Shown here piece by piece: positions 59,875-64,000 of a stretch of DNA of 64,000 bases. The position numbers and the translations under genes are program-made. Every line of letters begins with the position of its first letter. The first letter of the stretch is position 1. Below the pieces are notes generated by a model. The model was not told where the DNA came from. It ran no database searches and was given only the letters and a program-made list of their open reading frames with translations. Source of the stretch: an uncultured Bacilli bacterium. Lineage in GTDB: Bacteria > Bacillota_I > Bacilli_A > RF39 > UBA660. The DNA lies in NCBI GenBank assembly GCA_947631295.1, contig CANRKU010000003.1, positions 4,313 to 68,312 on the forward strand. The letters run 5' to 3'.

Positions 59875-60933
59875 TTACATCACCCTTCTTCCAGTGTGCT
59901 CAACAGTTTCAATATGTTCATTATCAAGATTATTTGCATCAGTGTTATCACTAAAAATTGCTTCTAAATCTAAAAATTCTGCATTTTCTTTTTTCATTTG
60001 CTCAATTCTTTTTTTAAAAGAATACAATTCTTCTTTTTTAGGATTAATTGAATCTTCTATAAGATGCTCTTGTTCAACTTTTGGGCTTAATGCACTTAAT
60101 TGTTGATTATTTTGATCTAATGCTTGAACACCAATTAATTTGTTTTTTATTATCCTATATTGTTGATGGTTATATTCTACAACTAACTTTTTCCAATCTT
60201 CATATTCTTTAATTACATTTAAAGTTCTAGGATTATTATTAAAATTGGGATTATCTTTTATTACCAAAATATATTTTAAATATTCGCTCATTCTTTCAGT
60301 ATTAGATAATATTTGATTTTTCATTTGTTCTATTTCTTCAGGTGTTTTTTCAGGGATATCCATTTCAACTAAATTAGCAATATATTCTTTTCCGTATTTT
60401 TTATCGGATGTTATATTAGTTTCAGTAATTTGTATTTTTGATGGAACAAACAATATTTCATCTTCAAATCCACCAAGCTCATTTTCAATATTAATCCATG
60501 GTACATTACTATTAATAAATAATACTGCTTTGTCTGTATCATCAGCAATATTGCTTCCTTTGTTAAATGTCCTAGAAAATGTTAAAGTCTGATTTATATT
60601 TGTAGTTGCTGATAAAAATGAACCAGTTGTATTATTCATTGATTCTATTAATGATTGCTTTGTTCCTCTATATAATTGTTTATTAGGCTTTTGACTTCCA
60701 TTTCTTACATATGATTTTATGATAGCAGAATACAAATTTTTAATATCATTCAAAGATTTTTCCATTAAATCTTTAGTCATAAAGGGATAATCTTTTCCAT
60801 TTCGACTATTAATTCTAATTTCACTTTCTATTCCTTCCCTCAATAAAGTATTTATTATTTTAAAGTCATTATCTTGATATCGTTCGATAGAGGATATTTC
60901 ATCACTTGTTAATTGATAATCCATTAGTATCAC
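59875..60933 (-). CDS. Putative mono-ADP-ribosyltransferase (R-S-E class)-like protein
   Basis: Ordered motifs LYRGTK (Arg), SFLSATTN (STS-like) and GGFEDEILF (ExE-like) in the N-terminal 170 aa. 352 aa total. Confidence 0.4.
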   Translation of the reverse strand: MILMDYQLTSDEISSIERYQDNDFKIINTLLREGIESEIRINSRNGKDYPFMTKDLMEKSLNDIKNLYSAIIKSYVRNGSQKPNKQLYRGTKQSLIESMNNTTGSFLSATTNINQTLTFSRTFNKGSNIADDTDKAVLFINSNVPWINIENELGGFEDEILFVPSKIQITETNITSDKKYGKEYIANLVEMDIPEKTPEEIEQMKNQILSNTERMSEYLKYILVIKDNPNFNNNPRTLNVIKEYEDWKKLVVEYNHQQYRIIKNKLIGVQALDQNNQQLSALSPKVEQEHLIEDSINPKKEELYSFKKRIEQMKKENAEFLDLEAIFSDNTDANNLDNEHIETVEHTGRRVM

Positions 60934-60998
60934 TTCCTATTATATTTTACCACAATTTTGTAAATACTTATAGATGCTTTACATATTTTTAATAAACT

Positions 60999-62381
60999 TT
61001 ACAAACTCATTTCAAAATCATCTTTTTCTTTGCCATTATCATGTTCATTAGCAAACTTATAGTCATCTTTAATATCTTCTATTGTTTCATCACCAAATAT
61101 TCCATGTTCATATAGTTCTTTTGAAAAATGCATATAATCTTCTCGATCTTTTTCTTTTCCAAATATTCTTTTCTTGATAAAACTAACCAATCTATCAAAT
61201 AAATTTTCAAAATAATTGATAGTTCTTTTTAATTTAGAGTTATCTTCTTTAAGGTCATGAATTTCATCTTTTTGTTTATCAATCTTCTTCTTTAATGATT
61301 TAACTTTAATATTTAAAGCATCATTATTTTCAGTTAGTATTTTAATTTTTTCTCTATTTTCTTTTAATTCAGTATCTACATCATTTAAAGTAATAGATAA
61401 TTTTTGCATTTTCTTATATTCATCATTAGTAGAATTAACTTGCTGAATAAAATTAACTATTTTATCTTTTTCATCTTGTTTTAAAACATATTTGTCTTTA
61501 TTCGTTATAGTAGTTTTTAAATTATCTATTATTTCTTTAATATCATTAGAATTATTATCTAATTCAAGTGATTTTTTATTGGCTATTTCTAATCTTTCTT
61601 GATTTTTAGATATTTCTTCTTTCATTTCAATATAGCCATCCATATCTTTAACATTTATATCTTTATTTCTACCTTTTTGTTTAGTCTTTAAAACATTATT
61701 TAAGCCATATTCTTTATTAAAACTAGCAATACATAATGCTCTCATTTTATCTTGTAGTTCAATTAATTTTACTTTAGTAAATACATCAGATTTACCAATT
61801 TGTTTAGACATACCATTTTTATTTTTATATTTAATAGGGACTCCTACAATATGCATATGTGGACTAGTTTCATCATAATGAATAATTGCACTAGCAACTT
61901 TAAAATCAGGTATTAAGTTTTCTAAATCTTTAACTTGTTCTTTATAAACATTAGACATTTTATGCTTAAAATTATCATCTTTGGTATCCCAATATTTTTT
62001 ATCTCCAAGTTCAATAATTATTTCACAAGCCAAATCATTTTTAGAATTATCACTAATCTTTTTAAAGTAGTCATCTATTTTTCTATCATCTCTTGTTTGC
62101 TTTGAATTATATTCAAGTCGTGCTTCTTCAAATTCTTCTTTATATAAATTCTTAACATCTTCATAAAGAGAAGTAGTCCCTCTAGCAATTTCAATTAAGT
62201 GCTGATTATCATCATATTTACGATAATTATGTTTATCAACACGAGATAGTTGCCGAGCATTTTGAATTGCATTATTTGACAAAGAAGTTGTTCCACTAGC
62301 ATTAGTTTTTGCTCTTGCTCGTGATACGTTTTTTCTATTTTTATCACTACCTAAATGTAGTGAATAAGCAAGTTCAGACAT
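60999..62381 (-). CDS. MobV/Pre-family mobilization relaxase
   Basis: AIIHYDETSPHMHIVGVP (HxDE...PHxH motif III of Mob_Pre). N-terminal relaxase domain and a long coiled-coil C-terminus. 460 aa. Confidence 0.8.
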   Translation of the reverse strand: MSELAYSLHLGSDKNRKNVSRARAKTNASGTTSLSNNAIQNARQLSRVDKHNYRKYDDNQHLIEIARGTTSLYEDVKNLYKEEFEEARLEYNSKQTRDDRKIDDYFKKISDNSKNDLACEIIIELGDKKYWDTKDDNFKHKMSNVYKEQVKDLENLIPDFKVASAIIHYDETSPHMHIVGVPIKYKNKNGMSKQIGKSDVFTKVKLIELQDKMRALCIASFNKEYGLNNVLKTKQKGRNKDINVKDMDGYIEMKEEISKNQERLEIANKKSLELDNNSNDIKEIIDNLKTTITNKDKYVLKQDEKDKIVNFIQQVNSTNDEYKKMQKLSITLNDVDTELKENREKIKILTENNDALNIKVKSLKKKIDKQKDEIHDLKEDNSKLKRTINYFENLFDRLVSFIKKRIFGKEKDREDYMHFSKELYEHGIFGDETIEDIKDDYKFANEHDNGKEKDDFEMSL

Positions 62382-62419
62382 CTATAAATCACATCCTTTC
62401 TTTAAGCCTATTTTGTTTA

Positions 62420-62451
62420 TGACAAAATATTTAACCCCCTAGGTATTTTGA
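62420..62451. repeat. 32-bp perfect direct repeat, copy 2, 39 bp upstream of the mobV start. A 15-bp palindrome CTAGGGATTCCCTAG follows at 62478..62492
   Basis: Exact match to 57024..57055. Palindrome ctaggga-t-tccctag, 26 bp downstream on the plus strand. Confidence 0.8.
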
Positions 62452-62616
62452 CGCAAGCATCAAAATTACCTTGTGGGCTAGGGATTCCCTAGAACCCTTT
62501 TAAGACTTATTCCATATTGTTTTAAAACTTCGTAATAAAACAAAATTACATAAGTCTTATAAAATGTTATCGCCACTTACAAAATTACTTCATAATTTCA
62601 TAACGTGCCACACATT

Positions 62617-64000
62617 TTATTCTTCTTCATAGAGCAATTCCTTTTTAACAGGTTTAACACCTATTTGGGTAGGAACAGGTTCTTTCATATAGATAACACT
62701 ATCATTGCTCTCATCAGGTATATAATCAAATGCTGAATTAACATCTTCCATTTGAAATTCATCTTTACCACGAATATAAATAATTCCATATCTATATTCT
62801 TTCATTTTTATATCAGGATCTATCTTACAATAATCTTCTAAAGGAAATACTCTAACAATAGCACGATTATCGTGTATAAAGTTGAAATAAAATATTCTAT
62901 CTTCTACATAATAAGTTGCTTCTTCAAAGCCAACATTATAGTATTGTCTTAATCTCATTATGTGTTTTCCAACTTCTTCTTCAGGAAGATAATTACTAAA
63001 TCTTAAATGACCCACTATATTACCAAATAATGCAGGACTTTTAACATCAATATAACCAGCATCAAATAATTCATTACAAGGTTTACAAATTGACTCTCTA
63101 AAATTGACATTATCTACATAGATATAATCATTCATCATACCTAGTTTTATATCATCAACATAATTCATAATTAGGTTTGCTTTTTCTTCTCTTGTGTAAT
63201 CTTTCCAAGTTTTAGTTTTTTCTTTGTATTCTTTTTCTAACTTAACTTTATTGATATAATCAATATCTCTTTTTAGAAGAATGTCCTGTGGAGTAAAGTT
63301 TAGTTCCTCGCTAGTTTCAGTATCATTTAATTCATCTTTTAACTTGTTGATAGCATCTTCAACTATTTTCTTTTCAGCATTATATTCCTTTAAATCAAAT
63401 GCACCCGAAATATATGCTTTTCTAATTCTTTCTAATCTATCATTTTGTTTTTTAATCTCTTTTTCTAGTTCTTCTTTTGGCTCATCAAATTTTTGTTTAA
63501 TCATTGGTAGAAAGAATTGATTAACAACACTATCATATTCAACTAATTCATCAATAAAGTTATTAAAGTATTCTTCAATAGTTTTTTCCTTAATAGTTAT
63601 TTTGCAATCATTACAATAATAGTAATAATAAGCATTTCCATTTTTCTTCGTAGTTGCTTTACCTCCTAAAATACGATTACATTTAGGACAACATAATTTT
63701 TGTAAGAATAAATAAGTTAAAGTCCTTTGATAACTTCTTGAATTTCTTTTCTTTTGTACTTGGCATTCTTCCCATTTATCTTTATCAATAATAGGTTCAA
63801 CTACATTAGAGTAATAAGTAGGATGTTTTGTCCTTTTTCCATGTACAAAATCTCCTTTATAAATTTCATTTTCAAGTATTGCTAGAATAGTAGAATCTCT
63901 CCAATTTGTTTTACCTAATACTTTTTCGCTATTTAAAAGATTACTAATTTTTTGATAAGAATAGCCATTATAATATAAATCAAATATTCTTTCTACAACA
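62617..64000 (-). CDS. Large serine recombinase, C-terminal two-thirds; N-terminus lies beyond the window end
   Basis: The minus-strand frame is open to 64000. Recombinase-domain and zinc-ribbon motifs (CCPKCNRILGG...YYYCNDCK, CKPCNELF) and a coiled-coil C-terminus. The listed 295-aa ORF is only its tail. Confidence 0.8.
   Translation of the reverse strand, partial: VVERIFDLYYNGYSYQKISNLLNSEKVLGKTNWRDSTILAILENEIYKGDFVHGKRTKHPTYYSNVVEPIIDKDKWEECQVQKKRNSRSYQRTLTYLFLQKLCCPKCNRILGGKATTKKNGNAYYYYYCNDCKITIKEKTIEEYFNNFIDELVEYDSVVNQFFLPMIKQKFDEPKEELEKEIKKQNDRLERIRKAYISGAFDLKEYNAEKKIVEDAINKLKDELNDTETSEELNFTPQDILLKRDIDYINKVKLEKEYKEKTKTWKDYTREEKANLIMNYVDDIKLGMMNDYIYVDNVNFRESICKPCNELFDAGYIDVKSPALFGNIVGHLRFSNYLPEEEVGKHIMRLRQYYNVGFEEATYYVEDRIFYFNFIHDNRAIVRVFPLEDYCKIDPDIKMKEYRYGIIYIRGKDEFQMEDVNSAFDYIPDESNDSVIYMKEPVPTQIGVKPVKKELLYEEE

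Larger units (their letters stand above)
57024..64000 (-). mobile_element. Tn4451-family-like mobilizable element (serine recombinase, MobV relaxase and cargo), extending past the window end
   Basis: The gene content of recombinase, Mob/Pre relaxase and small cargo genes parallels clostridial mobilisable transposons. The left boundary is tentative, placed at the copy-1 repeat. Confidence 0.4.

Noticed and set aside
62617-63504. Treating 62617..63504 as a complete 295-aa gene
   Set aside because: The same frame remains open upstream to the window end and contains recombinase and zinc-ribbon motifs. The Met is internal.
1-64000. CRISPR arrays, rRNA or tRNA genes
   Set aside because: No regularly spaced direct repeats with unique spacers and no tRNA-like cloverleaf or rRNA-like segments were noticed on either strand.

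Overview
This is a very AT-rich window from a low-GC, endospore-forming Firmicute. Sporulation genes present are cotE, spoVS, a CotJC-like gene, a SleC-like gene and BclA-like collagen genes. There are three parts.

(1) Positions 1 to about 25.6 kb hold a single 25-kb co-directional (minus-strand) gene array. It joins conjugative type IV secretion components to a complete Tad/Flp-type (type IVc) pilus module. The T4SS components are a VirD4-like coupling protein (partial at the window start), a CwlT-like cell-wall hydrolase, VirB4 (apparently split), VirB3-like, VirB6-like and VirB2-like two-helix proteins. The Tad module has a CpaF/TadA ATPase, TadB and TadC, CpaB, a TadE-like pseudopilin, a tiny pilin-like ORF and a TadZ-like pseudo-ATPase. 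The array also carries a dedicated sortase, two large surface proteins (one of 1033 aa and extremely Cys-rich) and a flanking thioredoxin-like lipoprotein. This hybrid Tad/T4SS locus is the most unusual thing here.

(2) Positions 26 to 50 kb are core chromosome: rseP-cdsA-uppS, rpsP, cotE, miaB, a T-box-controlled serS operon, spoVS and pflAB.

(3) Positions 50 to 64 kb hold two BclA-like collagen genes. The second is split by a 3.1-kb element that carries a large serine recombinase and has inverted-repeat ends, resembling a skin-like sporulation intervening element. Beyond it lies a Tn4451-like mobilizable element with a MobV relaxase, an ADP-ribosyltransferase-like protein, a second partial serine recombinase and a 32-bp perfect direct repeat.

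No rRNA, tRNA or CRISPR was seen.
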